Source of the DNA: an uncultured Actinomycetota bacterium
Lineage (GTDB): Bacteria > Actinomycetota > Actinomycetes > Mycobacteriales > Nakamurellaceae
DNA: 64,000 nucleotides
Direction of reading: 5' to 3'
Assembly: GCA_963798965.1 (NCBI GenBank)
Contig: CAWCVW010000008.1
Coordinates: 890,430 to 954,429, forward strand
Shown here: piece after piece, positions 12,587-22,199 of the stretch
Numbering within the stretch: position 1 is the stretch's first letter
Layout: each line of letters starts with the position of its first letter
Notes under the pieces: model-generated
The model's database searches: none
Told to the model about the DNA's origin: nothing
The model's input: the letters and a program-made list of their open reading frames with translations, nothing else
Program-made: the position numbers and the translations under genes

Positions 12587-13399
12587 ATGACCGACCAGCT
12601 CGGCACCGGACTGCTCGCCGGCAAGAACCTGCTCATCACCGGCGTCATCACCGAGGCATCGATGGCCTTCCACACCGCGCGGCTCGCGCAGCAGCAGGGC
12701 GCCAACGTGGTGCTGACCGGCTACGGCCGGTTGTCGCTGGTGGAGCGGATCGCCAAGCGGCTGCCCGAAGCGGCGCCGGTGGTCGAACTCGACGTCACCG
12801 ACAAGGCTCAGCTGGACAGCCTGGCCGATCGGGTGGGCGAATTCGCACCCCGGCTGGACGGGGTGTTGCACTCCATCGGCTTCGCCCCCGCCACCGCGCT
12901 GGGCGGCGACTTCCTGAACTGCCCGTGGGAGGACGTCGCCACCACGGTGCACACCTCGGCCTATTCGCTCAAGTCGCTGTCGGTGGCGGCGTTGCCGTTG
13001 ATGACCTCGGGCGGCAGCATCGTCGGGCTGGACTTCGACGCCAGGCAGGCCTGGCCCGCCTACGACTGGATGGGCGTGGCCAAGGCCGCGCTGGAGTCGG
13101 TGACGCGTTACCTGGCCAGGGATCTCGGCCCGCGCGGGATCAGGGTGAATCTGGTCTGCGCCGGTCCGATCAAGACCATGGCGGCCAAGTCGATCCCCGG
13201 GTTCACCGACCTGGAGAACGGCTGGTCAGGGCGCGCGCCGCTGGGCTGGGACACCTCGGATCCGACTCCGGTGGCCAGGGCAGCGGTGGCGCTGCTGTCC
13301 GACCTGTTCCCCGCCACCAGCGGATCGATGGTGATGGTCGACGGTGGTTTCCACGCCCTCGGCTTCGGCACCGCGGAGATCCAGCAGGCGCACGGTTGA
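12587..13399 (+). CDS. fabI: Enoyl-ACP reductase (InhA/FabI)
   Basis: TGVITEASMAF, HSIGFAP, YDWMGVAK, AGPIKTMA. Follows fabG. Confidence 0.95.
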   Translation: MTDQLGTGLLAGKNLLITGVITEASMAFHTARLAQQQGANVVLTGYGRLSLVERIAKRLPEAAPVVELDVTDKAQLDSLADRVGEFAPRLDGVLHSIGFAPATALGGDFLNCPWEDVATTVHTSAYSLKSLSVAALPLMTSGGSIVGLDFDARQAWPAYDWMGVAKAALESVTRYLARDLGPRGIRVNLVCAGPIKTMAAKSIPGFTDLENGWSGRAPLGWDTSDPTPVARAAVALLSDLFPATSGSMVMVDGGFHALGFGTAEIQQAHG

Positions 13400-13493
13400 C
13401 ACCTGCCGGGACGTGTCCTGAGCCATCGCCGGCAGCGCTGACGCAGAGTGCGCGCCCGCAGGGTAGATCCCGGCGCATCCAGTGCCGGCGGCT

Positions 13494-14315
13494 TCAGGAG
13501 GAGCGGCGGGACCGGCCACTGGAACGGGTCCGCTCGGCGTGCACCGCGGTGGCTTTCGGCTGGCTCAGCGCCGACACCGCAGCGCCGACCGCCGCACGGC
13601 GGCTCTCCCTGATCGCGATCGCCAGCGGCCGCAGCACGTCATCGACGGCTGCCATCTCGTAACTGGTCACCGCCGCGGTGTCCTGGCTGCTGGCGACCGC
13701 CAGCAGAGCGTGCAGTGAGATCGACGTCGCGAGCAGGGCCGACGCGGCCGGGGGAGTACCGGGCGGGCAGGTCACCGCCTCCTCCAGCATGACCAGCCGC
13801 ACCTGCTCCCGCGCCGTGTCCGATCCGCGGGCCACATCCAACGCGGTGAGCGAACGGGTGGCGCGTTGCACCGCTGCGTCGAGCATCTCGTGCGCCTGCC
13901 CCAGACCCGGTGCGGGATGTCGGGTGGAGCAGCCGAACACCCGCCACTGACCGTCGGTGGGCACCAGCGCGAGATCGTTGCCGGTCATCACCACGACAGC
14001 ACCGGTATCCAGGCCGGCCACCGTGAGCTCGCCACCGAGCGGCAGTCCGCGCATGTCTCCGGGGTAGGGCAGCAACAACTGCGGCAGGCCACCGGCACGC
14101 AACAGCGGAAGCAGGCTCGCCGATCCGGCACTCGGAGAACCGGGACCGGGCAACCCGGTGGCGTCGCTGATGTCGGCCGTGGCCGCGCGCACACCGGCGC
14201 GGTGGCCGGAGTCGTCGATGGCCGTGAGCACATCGTCGGCGCTGGCGCCGCCCTGCCACGCCGCAGCCCACAGGGCGAGCGTGGTGGCGGCGCGCAGGGT
14301 GCCGGGTGAAGACAT
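13494..14315 (-). CDS. Conserved actinobacterial hypothetical protein (position of Rv1486c)
   Basis: Long Ala/Leu-rich ORF. TACGGT -10 lies 7 nt before ATG 14315 (leaderless). Confidence 0.75.
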   Translation of the reverse strand: MSSPGTLRAATTLALWAAAWQGGASADDVLTAIDDSGHRAGVRAATADISDATGLPGPGSPSAGSASLLPLLRAGGLPQLLLPYPGDMRGLPLGGELTVAGLDTGAVVVMTGNDLALVPTDGQWRVFGCSTRHPAPGLGQAHEMLDAAVQRATRSLTALDVARGSDTAREQVRLVMLEEAVTCPPGTPPAASALLATSISLHALLAVASSQDTAAVTSYEMAAVDDVLRPLAIAIRESRRAAVGAAVSALSQPKATAVHAERTRSSGRSRRSS

Positions 14316-14474
14316 GTGGGCCACCGTACGTCACACCACCGTCGGTGGCGGTGTCGTCCACACAGCTGTACGCCGATCGTGAACGGAAGGGTTCGACGGC
14401 ACCGGTTCATCCCGGGCGCTTGCGTGGGCGTGGTTCCGACGGACGTCGGCATCGGACGCGTAAAGTGCTGCGGC

Positions 14475-15311
14475 GTGCCCATTTCCGGACAGCAGCCGAC
14501 CCGGTACACCGACAGCTACGGCCCTGACGTGCTGGCAGTCGGCCGCACGGCCAAGCAGATACCGGAGATCGCCGCGACGGCCGGGGTGGTGGCGGAGGAT
14601 CCGCTGTCCGGCTTCTGTGGCGCTGTCGTCGCCTGCACGTCGACCGCGGTGACACTCGAGGACCGGGGAGGTCGACGCAGGCTCTTTCCGTTGGAACGCG
14701 GCGCATTCCTGGTCGACGGGCAACAGGTCACGCTGGTGCGGCCGGTGGTCGAGGCCGGGCCGGTCCATTCCGCTTCCGGGTCCAGGATGGTGACCGGCGC
14801 GCGGGCGAGAGTGGCGCGGGCAGCACGAATCTGGGTCGAGGGCATCCACGACGCGGCGCTGGTGGAGCGGGTCTGGGGTCACGACCTGCGAGTGGAAGGC
14901 ATTGTCGTCGAACCGATCGACGGCTTGGACAACCTGCCTGCGGAAGTGGCGTCCTTCCAGCCGGGAGCGGGCCGCCGGCTTGGAGTGCTGGTCGATCACC
15001 TTGTGCCGAACTCGAAGGAAAGCCGAATCGCCGCAGGCGTTCTCGCCGAGCACGGCAGCGCGGTGCTGATCACCGGTCATCCCTATGTCGACATCTGGCA
15101 GGCGGTCCGGCCGGCGGCAGTCGGCATCTCCGGGTGGCCGCAGGTACCCAGGGGAGTGGACTGGAAGACCGGCGTGTGCGCCGCCCTGGGGATGCCCGAC
15201 ACCCGCTTGATGTGGGGCCGGGTCAACGGCGCCGTCCGGAGCTACCGGGATCTGGATACTCCCCTGATCACTGCGGTCGAGCAGCTCATCGACTTCGTGG
15301 CCGCCGAGTAA
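14475..15311 (+). CDS. DUF3097 family protein
   Basis: GFCGAVV...LEDR.GRRRLFP...ARIWVEGIHDAALVERVWGHDLRVEG. TAAAGT -10 lies 8 nt before GTG 14475. Confidence 0.88.
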   Translation: MPISGQQPTRYTDSYGPDVLAVGRTAKQIPEIAATAGVVAEDPLSGFCGAVVACTSTAVTLEDRGGRRRLFPLERGAFLVDGQQVTLVRPVVEAGPVHSASGSRMVTGARARVARAARIWVEGIHDAALVERVWGHDLRVEGIVVEPIDGLDNLPAEVASFQPGAGRRLGVLVDHLVPNSKESRIAAGVLAEHGSAVLITGHPYVDIWQAVRPAAVGISGWPQVPRGVDWKTGVCAALGMPDTRLMWGRVNGAVRSYRDLDTPLITAVEQLIDFVAAE

Positions 15312-15360
15312 CGCCCCGCGCGATCGCGGCTCGGCCGTCTGCCCGACCCGACGTGCAGGG

Positions 15361-15624
15361 TCAGCAACACCGCGCGCCGGGATGGCGATCCATCTCCGCG
15401 TACCGGTCACGCCAGTACTGTTTCTCGCTGGGCACCACCTCGCCCGGATGGTGCACGGCGAGGTGGGCGACATAACGGCGGTAGGCGTTGTCTCCCATCA
15501 CAGAGGAGAACCACCAGCGGACACCGCCCGTTGCCGTACGGACGGCATCCCGCCACGTGTCTCGGCCCTCCGGTAAGGGCACCGGCTCGAGCTCAGGAAC
15601 CGGTTCAGGAACCGGTTCAGCCAT
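15361..15624 (-). CDS. ybdD: YbdD/YjiX family small protein
   Basis: VMGDNAYRRYVAHL...HP...SEKQYWRDRY...ARCC; overlaps the cstA stop. Confidence 0.88.
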   Translation of the reverse strand: MAEPVPEPVPELEPVPLPEGRDTWRDAVRTATGGVRWWFSSVMGDNAYRRYVAHLAVHHPGEVVPSEKQYWRDRYAEMDRHPGARCC

Positions 15625-17863
15625 GACCCGCATGCGAGCGCGCCGGGGTGCGGCCGGCCGCCGCCCATTCCGCGGCCACTTCCTTCTCGGCCGGCGTCAT
15701 CACAAATCCACTGGGCGCGAACAGGTGTGACGGCTCGTCGGGTTCCTCGGTCGTCGGCAGCCCACCCACCCGGATGGACTTGATACACACGAAGATGGCG
15801 GCGATGACGACGATGATCACCAAGCCGGCGAACAAGATGGACAGTGTCCCCTGGATCATGGTGTTGCGGATGACGGCATCGATCGCCGCCGGGCTGGTGG
15901 CCGTGCCGAAAGACTCCCTGCCGGTTTCCTGCGCCTGCACAAATGCGTTGTGCTGGGCGAAGTATCCGATGGCGGGGACCGAGGAGAAGATCTTCTGATA
16001 CGACGCGGTCAGCGTGACCACCAGATCCCATACCAACGGCACCCCCGGGATCCAGGCCCACTTGTAGGCCTTCTTCTTGATCAGCACGGTGAACACCACG
16101 GTCAGTGCTATCGCCGCGAGCAGTTGGTTCGCGATGCCGAACAGTGGGAAGAGGGTGTTGATCCCGCCCAGCGGATCGGTCACACCCATCAGCAGGATCG
16201 CACCCCAGGCGAGCACCACCAGCAGCGAACAGGTCCAGGCCCCGATCCGCCAGGACGGATCCCGGAACTTGCGAGCGCCGGGGATGTTGCCGATCGAATC
16301 CGAGAGCATGAAACGGGCGACCCGAGTACCGGCGTCCACGGTGGTCAGGATGAACAGGGCCTCGAACATGATCGCGAAGTGGTACCAGAACGCCTTGAGG
16401 CCGGCTCCGCCGACGACCTCACTGAGTACTTCGGACATCCCGAAGGCCAGGGTGGGGGCACCGCCGGTGCGGGAGATGATCGACGCCTCGCCGACATCTG
16501 ACGCGGCCTGGGTGAAGTATTCCGGCGTGACAGCCGGGCTGGAGAGCCCGAGTCCGTTGACGTAGGCGGCCGCGGTTTCCGGGGTTCCGCCGGTCAGGCC
16601 GGCGGGTGCGTTGAGCGCGAAGTACAGGTGCTGATCGACGATGACCGCGGTGACCAGCGCCATGATCGCGACGAACGACTCGGTGAGCATGCCGCCGTAA
16701 CCGATGATGCGGGTCTGGCTCTCCTTCTCGATCATCTTGGGCGTCGTTCCCGAGCAGATCAGCGCATGGAACCCGGACAGGGCGCCGCAGGCGATCGTGA
16801 TGAACAAGAACGGGAACAGCGATCCGGCAAACGCCGGTCCGTTGCCCTCGCTGGCGAATGGGGTCACCGCCGGCATCTGCACGACGGGTCGCGCGATCAG
16901 GATGCCGATGGCCAGCAGCACGATCGTGCCGACCTTCATGAACGTGGACAGGTAATCCCGCGGCGCCAGCAACAGCCATACCGGCAGCACGGATGCCGCG
17001 AAGCCGTACACCACGATGCCCCAGGCGATGGTGACCTTTCCGAGGGTGAACCAGCTCTGGCCCCAGTCGGTTTCCGCCACCCAGCCACCGGAGATGATGG
17101 CCAGCAACAGCAGTGCCACGCCGATCAGCGACACCTCGGACACCCGACCGGGCCGCAGGTAGCGCAGGTAGACACCCATGAACAGGGCGATCGGGATGGT
17201 CATCAGCAGCGAGAAGACGCCCCAGGGGCTCTCGGCGAGCGCGTTGACCACCACCAGGGCCAGCACGGCGATGAGGATGATCATGATGACGAACACGCCG
17301 ACCATGGCAGCGATGCCGCCGACCCGGCCGAGTTCGTCCCGGGCCATCTGGCCGAGGCTCCGGCCGCGGCGACGGGTGGACAGCCACAGCACCAGGTAGT
17401 CCTGGACACCGCCGGCCAGCACGACCCCGATGATGATCCACAGCGTGCCTGGCAGATAACCCATCTGGGCCGCCAGTACCGGACCGACCAGCGGTCCAGC
17501 GCCCGCGATCGCGGCGAAATGGTGGCCGAACAGCACCCTCCGGTCGGTCGGATCGAAATCCTTTCCGTTCGAGTACTTCTCGGCCGGCGTCGCGCGCTCG
17601 TCCCTGGGTTTGACCACCTTGTACTCGATGAGGCGGGCATAGAACCTGAACGCGATGATGTAGGTGCAGACGGCCGCGAAGACGAACCAGACCGAGTTCA
17701 CCTGCTCGCCGCGGATGACGGCGATCATCACCCAGGCGAACGCGCCGAGCAGCGCGATCACCAGGTAGGTCACCCGGGCGGTCGGGGTGAGCGGCATTCG
17801 CCTGCGCACCGCCACCGGGGGTTCGTCGGGATCGGTGCGGATCAGATCGGTGTCTGTCGTCAT
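15617..17863 (-). CDS. cstA: Carbon starvation protein CstA (peptide/pyruvate transporter family)
   Basis: GHHFAAIAGAGPLVGP, PRDYLSTFMK, ITIACGALSGFH, LFILTTVDAGTR, LFGIANQLLA. Confidence 0.95.
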   Translation of the reverse strand: MTTDTDLIRTDPDEPPVAVRRRMPLTPTARVTYLVIALLGAFAWVMIAVIRGEQVNSVWFVFAAVCTYIIAFRFYARLIEYKVVKPRDERATPAEKYSNGKDFDPTDRRVLFGHHFAAIAGAGPLVGPVLAAQMGYLPGTLWIIIGVVLAGGVQDYLVLWLSTRRRGRSLGQMARDELGRVGGIAAMVGVFVIMIILIAVLALVVVNALAESPWGVFSLLMTIPIALFMGVYLRYLRPGRVSEVSLIGVALLLLAIISGGWVAETDWGQSWFTLGKVTIAWGIVVYGFAASVLPVWLLLAPRDYLSTFMKVGTIVLLAIGILIARPVVQMPAVTPFASEGNGPAFAGSLFPFLFITIACGALSGFHALICSGTTPKMIEKESQTRIIGYGGMLTESFVAIMALVTAVIVDQHLYFALNAPAGLTGGTPETAAAYVNGLGLSSPAVTPEYFTQAASDVGEASIISRTGGAPTLAFGMSEVLSEVVGGAGLKAFWYHFAIMFEALFILTTVDAGTRVARFMLSDSIGNIPGARKFRDPSWRIGAWTCSLLVVLAWGAILLMGVTDPLGGINTLFPLFGIANQLLAAIALTVVFTVLIKKKAYKWAWIPGVPLVWDLVVTLTASYQKIFSSVPAIGYFAQHNAFVQAQETGRESFGTATSPAAIDAVIRNTMIQGTLSILFAGLVIIVVIAAIFVCIKSIRVGGLPTTEEPDEPSHLFAPSGFVMTPAEKEVAAEWAAAGRTPARSHAGHG

Positions 17864-17898
17864 GGGTCCACTTCCCGCTCGAGGTGCCGGTGATCTTG

Positions 17899-17910
17899 CG
17901 GGTATACCCG
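17899..17910. promoter_or_regulatory. Perfect 12-bp palindrome CGGGTATACCCG upstream of cstA (possible operator)
   Basis: Palindrome seen directly, 36 bp upstream of the cstA start in an AT-richer divergent intergenic region. Regulator unknown. Confidence 0.35.
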
Positions 17911-18241
17911 ATTGGCTCACCGCAGCAAGAAATTGCCGGTTCATGCGTTGTGCCCTATTCGCGGCGCAAATCCGGCTGCATGATTCCCGACGATCCGGGT
18001 GCCGAAACATCTTTCTCTGTGGGGCAACCCGAATCAGTAGCGCAAATTTCACGCACACCTTCGCATGCTTCGACAGTCCACGCAGATCGCATGGAACAAA
18101 GGGACAGTTTGAGCAAGAAAGAGACGGATTGGGCGTATCGCGTCCTTCGGGCGGAATTCGAGACGGGGTGTCGCGCCATCCCGTCCCGCCCCGGCCGCCT
18201 TCGTCCCACTGGCGGGCGTGCCGCACTGGCATGATGAAGAT

Positions 18242-18673
18242 ATGTCCGGATGGATTTGGTTCAGCGGAGCAGTGCTGCTCTCCATCGCCGAGGTGCTCGG
18301 CGCGGAGTTCGTGCTGCTGATGCTGGGTGGCGGCGCGCTGGTCACGGCGGGCTTCGCCGCGTTCTTCCCAGACCTGTTGTGGGCGCAGCTGCTCGTTTTC
18401 GCCCTGTCCTCGGTTGCGCTGGTTCTCGGTTTGCGTCCGGTGCTGCTGCGCAAGTACTACCAGCCCTCGAAGATCCGTTCGGGGATCGAAGCCATCATCG
18501 GGTCGAAGGGCACCGTCGTGTCGACGGTCGACGCCGACGGCGGACAGGTCAAGATCGGTGGCGAGGTGTGGTCGGCCGTCAATCTCGAGGGTCACCGTGC
18601 ACTACCGCCCGGCACCACCGTCACCATCGTCGAGGTCCGCGGCGCAACCGCGGTCGTTATGTGGGGGCCATAA
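18242..18673 (+). CDS. NfeD family membrane protein
   Basis: TM helices plus GQVKIGGEVWSA OB-fold; paired with the SPFH gene. Confidence 0.9.
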   Translation: MSGWIWFSGAVLLSIAEVLGAEFVLLMLGGGALVTAGFAAFFPDLLWAQLLVFALSSVALVLGLRPVLLRKYYQPSKIRSGIEAIIGSKGTVVSTVDADGGQVKIGGEVWSAVNLEGHRALPPGTTVTIVEVRGATAVVMWGP

Positions 18674-18677
18674 ACAC

Positions 18678-20108
18678 ATGGATCCAGTTCTGATCGTTGC
18701 CATCGTCGTCGCCGTGCTCGTCGTGGTGACGCTCATCCGATCGGTCAAGGTGATCCCGCAGGCGCAAGCCGCGGTCATCGAGCGCCTCGGCCGGTTCAAC
18801 AAGGCCAGCGGCGCCGGCTTGGTGTGGCTGGTGCCGTTCATCGACCGGATCAGGGCGCGTATCGATCTGCGCGAGCAGGTGGTGTCGTTCCCGCCCCAGC
18901 CGGTCATCACCGAGGACAACCTGACGGTGTCCATCGACACCGTCGTCTACTTTCAGGTCACCGACCCACGGGCGGCGGTCTACGAGATCGCCAACTACAT
19001 CGTCGCAGTCGAACAGCTGACCACGACCACGCTGCGAAACGTCGTCGGCGGGATGAATCTCGAGCAGACGCTGACCAGCCGTGACTCCATCAACGGCCAA
19101 CTGCGCGGGGTGCTCGACGAAGCCACCGGCAAGTGGGGCATCAGGGTGGCCCGGGTGGAGCTCAAGGCGATCGATCCGCCGCCCTCGATCCAGGAGGCGA
19201 TGGAGAAGCAGATGCGCGCCGACCGTGACAAGCGCGCGATGATCTTGAACTCCGAGGGCCTGCGCGAGTCGTCGATCAAGACCGCTGAGGGTCAGAAGCA
19301 GGCAGCGGTGCTCACCGCCGAGGGTGCCAAGCAGTCGTCGATCCTGGCCGCAGAGGGCGAGCGCCAGTCCCGCATCCTGCGGGCCCAGGGCGAGCGGGCC
19401 GCCAGGTACCTGCAGGCACAGGGCCAGGCCAAGGCCATCGAGAAGGTGTTCGCCGCCGTCAAGGCCGGCAAGCCGACGCCGGAACTGCTGGCGTATCAAT
19501 ACCTCCAGACGCTTCCGCAGATGGCGCAGGGTGACGCCAACAAGGTGTGGATGATCCCGAGCGACTTTTCCAAGTCACTCGAGGGTTTCGCCAGGATGCT
19601 CGGTACCAAGGGCGACGACGGGGTGTTCCGCTACGAGCCGCCGGCCGACGATCCCGCGGACGCAGCACGCTCCCGCGCGGGCGACATCGACGACGATGTG
19701 GCGGACTGGTTCGAGGGGACGTCCGCGCAGGAGGTCGCCGAGGCGGTCCGGGCAGTCGAGCGTGAGGCGGCCGTGACCATCGAGGAGCAGGACGCCGCGC
19801 GGCTCGCCGCGAACCGGGACCGGGCCGAACTGGCCGGAGCACAGGAGCATCCGGCGATGCTGCCCGGGCGGCAGCAGGCACAACAGCCACAACTCGGTGG
19901 CTATCAGTCCGGGGGATACCCGACGCAGGGCTATCCGGGACGGGACACCCCCCCAGGATCGCCTGCCGGGTACCAACAAGGTCCCGGCCAGCAGCGACGG
20001 CCCGACATGCCGCCGCCGGGATATCCGCAGGGTCCGCCCCCGCCGCAGCCGCAGCAGGGCCAGCCGCCGTACCGCAAGCCCGACGACCCCCGTCCGGACC
20101 AGGGCTGA
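18678..20108 (+). CDS. SPFH/Band 7 (stomatin-like) protein with Pro/Gln-rich tail
   Basis: VIERLGRF, QPVITEDN, RVELKAIDPP, AEGQKQAAVL repeats. Confidence 0.93.
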   Translation: MDPVLIVAIVVAVLVVVTLIRSVKVIPQAQAAVIERLGRFNKASGAGLVWLVPFIDRIRARIDLREQVVSFPPQPVITEDNLTVSIDTVVYFQVTDPRAAVYEIANYIVAVEQLTTTTLRNVVGGMNLEQTLTSRDSINGQLRGVLDEATGKWGIRVARVELKAIDPPPSIQEAMEKQMRADRDKRAMILNSEGLRESSIKTAEGQKQAAVLTAEGAKQSSILAAEGERQSRILRAQGERAARYLQAQGQAKAIEKVFAAVKAGKPTPELLAYQYLQTLPQMAQGDANKVWMIPSDFSKSLEGFARMLGTKGDDGVFRYEPPADDPADAARSRAGDIDDDVADWFEGTSAQEVAEAVRAVEREAAVTIEEQDAARLAANRDRAELAGAQEHPAMLPGRQQAQQPQLGGYQSGGYPTQGYPGRDTPPGSPAGYQQGPGQQRRPDMPPPGYPQGPPPPQPQQGQPPYRKPDDPRPDQG

Positions 20109-20120
20109 GCTCAGGGCTCC

Positions 20121-20882
20121 GTGGAGCCGCAGGACCCGTTGATCGACCTCCCCTCGCCGCTCGCCGTCGTCGGCCGCGGTCGGCTGGGTACAGCGATCGT
20201 CCGGGCCTTGCGCGACGCCGGGCATCCGGTGTCCGGTCCGCACGGGCGTGGCTATCGTGGTGCGGGCGACACGGTGGTGCTGCTCTGTGTTCCCGATGGC
20301 GCCATCACCGCGGCCGCTGCCCTGATCGACCCGCCGGTGCTGGTCGGCCACTGCTCCGGAGCCTCGAATCTGGGCGTCCTCGGCGACCGGGAGGGCTTCA
20401 GCGTGCACCCGTTGATGACGGTCACGCAGCAGGGTGCCGAGCTGACCGGTGTGTGGGCGGCGGTGGCCGGGTCGTCGCCGAGGGCCGCGCAGGTGGCCAC
20501 TGCGATGGCGACCTCGGTCGGCCTGCATCCGGTCGTCGTTGCCGACGACGATCGGGTTGCCTACCACGCCGCTGCCGCGTTCGCGTCCAATTTCCTCGTG
20601 ACGTTGGAAGAGGGTGCGGCGCACCTGATGGCAACGGCAGGGTTGGGCCGGGAGGCGCTGGTTCCGCTGGCCGCGGCTGCCTTGCAGAACTGGGGGCGAA
20701 CCGGCCCGGCTGCGCTGACCGGACCGGTGGCCCGCGGTGACCACGGAACGGTGGAGCGGCACCGCGCGGTGATCGCCGAGCGTGCACCGGAACTGTCGGC
20801 ACTGTTCGACGCCCTGGTGACCGAGACGCAACGGATGGCCGATCGTGCAACCGCCGCCCGGCCGACCCAGACCGAGGAGTGA
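20121..20882 (+). CDS. Rossmann-like + DUF2520 protein (PanG-type ketopantoate reductase candidate)
   Basis: VVGRGRLG, HCSGA, HPLMT, YHAAAAFASNF, LTGPVARGD; adjacent to panC. Confidence 0.85.
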   Translation: MEPQDPLIDLPSPLAVVGRGRLGTAIVRALRDAGHPVSGPHGRGYRGAGDTVVLLCVPDGAITAAAALIDPPVLVGHCSGASNLGVLGDREGFSVHPLMTVTQQGAELTGVWAAVAGSSPRAAQVATAMATSVGLHPVVVADDDRVAYHAAAAFASNFLVTLEEGAAHLMATAGLGREALVPLAAAALQNWGRTGPAALTGPVARGDHGTVERHRAVIAERAPELSALFDALVTETQRMADRATAARPTQTEE

Positions 20883-20989
20883 CCGAGCGCGAAGCACGTC
20901 GACCGGCCCGGTGACCGAGAAGGAAGACGTGGACCGGCGGCATCGCTGCCCTCGGATGAGGACGCGACCGACCGGTAGAGTCCCGCCGG

Positions 20990-21874
20990 ATGGAGATCGT
21001 CCGAACGGTGCGTGAGCTGCGAGCCGCCTTGCGTCCCTTCCGTGATCGCCCGGACCTGCCCTACGGCGGCTCGGTCGCGCTGGTGCCCACGATGGGCGCA
21101 CTCCACGAAGGCCACCTGGCTCTGTGCCGCATGGCGCGGGCGGCGAACGACGTCGTGGTGATGTCGATCTTCGTCAATCCGACCCAGTTCAACGATGCTG
21201 CCGACCTCGCCGCCTATCCCCGTGACGAGGCGGCCGACGCCGCGATGGCCGCCGACGCCGGCGTCGACATCGTCTTCGCGCCGGCGACCGCAGAGGTGTA
21301 CCCACCCGGATTCACCGCCACCGTCGAACTGCACGGACCGATCGTCGAAGCGCTGGAGGGTGCACACCGCGGCGTCGGCCATTTCCGTGGCGTCACGACC
21401 GTCGTCAGCAAGCTGCTCAACATGGCCCGGCCCACTCGCGCCTATTTCGGGCAGAAGGATGCACAGCAGGCCAGGGTGCTCAGGGCCATGGTCACCGACC
21501 TCGACATCGACACCACGATCGTCACCGTGCCGACAGTGCGCGAGCCGGATGGATTGGCGATGTCCAGCCGCAACCGCCGGCTGTCGGAGGCGGACCGTGT
21601 CCGGGCCGCGGCCGTTCCCGCGGCTTTGTGGGCGGCCCAGGCGCTGGCCGCTTCGGGTGAGAGAAGCCCGCAGGCGATCATCGGAGCCGTCGTCGACCAC
21701 TGTGCGAAGGCGGGTCTGACACCTGAATACGTCGCCCTGGTCGACGCCGATACCTTCCTCCCGGTTCGCACACTCACCGACGAGCCCGCGCTGCTGGCCA
21801 TCGCGGTCGTCGTCGGCGGCGGCACCCGGCTGATCGACAATCTCCTGCTCGCGGCACCGGTCTCGACGAAGTAG
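20990..21874 (+). CDS. panC: Pantoate-beta-alanine ligase
   Basis: PTMGALHEGH, FVNPTQFN, FGQKDAQQ, REPDGLAMSSRN, RLIDN. Confidence 0.97.
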   Translation: MEIVRTVRELRAALRPFRDRPDLPYGGSVALVPTMGALHEGHLALCRMARAANDVVVMSIFVNPTQFNDAADLAAYPRDEAADAAMAADAGVDIVFAPATAEVYPPGFTATVELHGPIVEALEGAHRGVGHFRGVTTVVSKLLNMARPTRAYFGQKDAQQARVLRAMVTDLDIDTTIVTVPTVREPDGLAMSSRNRRLSEADRVRAAAVPAALWAAQALAASGERSPQAIIGAVVDHCAKAGLTPEYVALVDADTFLPVRTLTDEPALLAIAVVVGGGTRLIDNLLLAAPVSTK

Positions 21875-22199
21875 ACGGCATTCGCCTGGCCGACCGGAAC
21901 CGGCACATCCGGACCGGTGATGAGCAGCATTCGACGCGCCGATCCGATTTACCAGGGCCGCCGGGGTGGAGTCCGTCACAACCGCGCCCGCCCGGCTCGA
22001 CGCGTGCTCGCGCAACGAGCATGATCGCTGTTCAAGAAGGCCGTCCGGCCCGCAGAGCAGCACAGACGTCCAACCCCATCTGCGGTCGGCGGCCGATGTT
22101 CGTTGATGACCGCCACGGCGCTGTGGGCTCCTGACCGGGGCTCTGCAGCCGTCCCGGGTCCGCGCCGCGCATGGCACAGCGGAAGCAAAGGAGCAGCCG

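Noticed and set aside
15617-18595. 992-aa CstA as given in the ORF track
   Set aside because: The extension overlaps nfeD in antisense and crosses the promoter region; the real start is about 17863.
21875-22199. panD remnant in the panC-panB gap
   Set aside because: No KSKIHRA or GS motif noticed in the forward frames I read.
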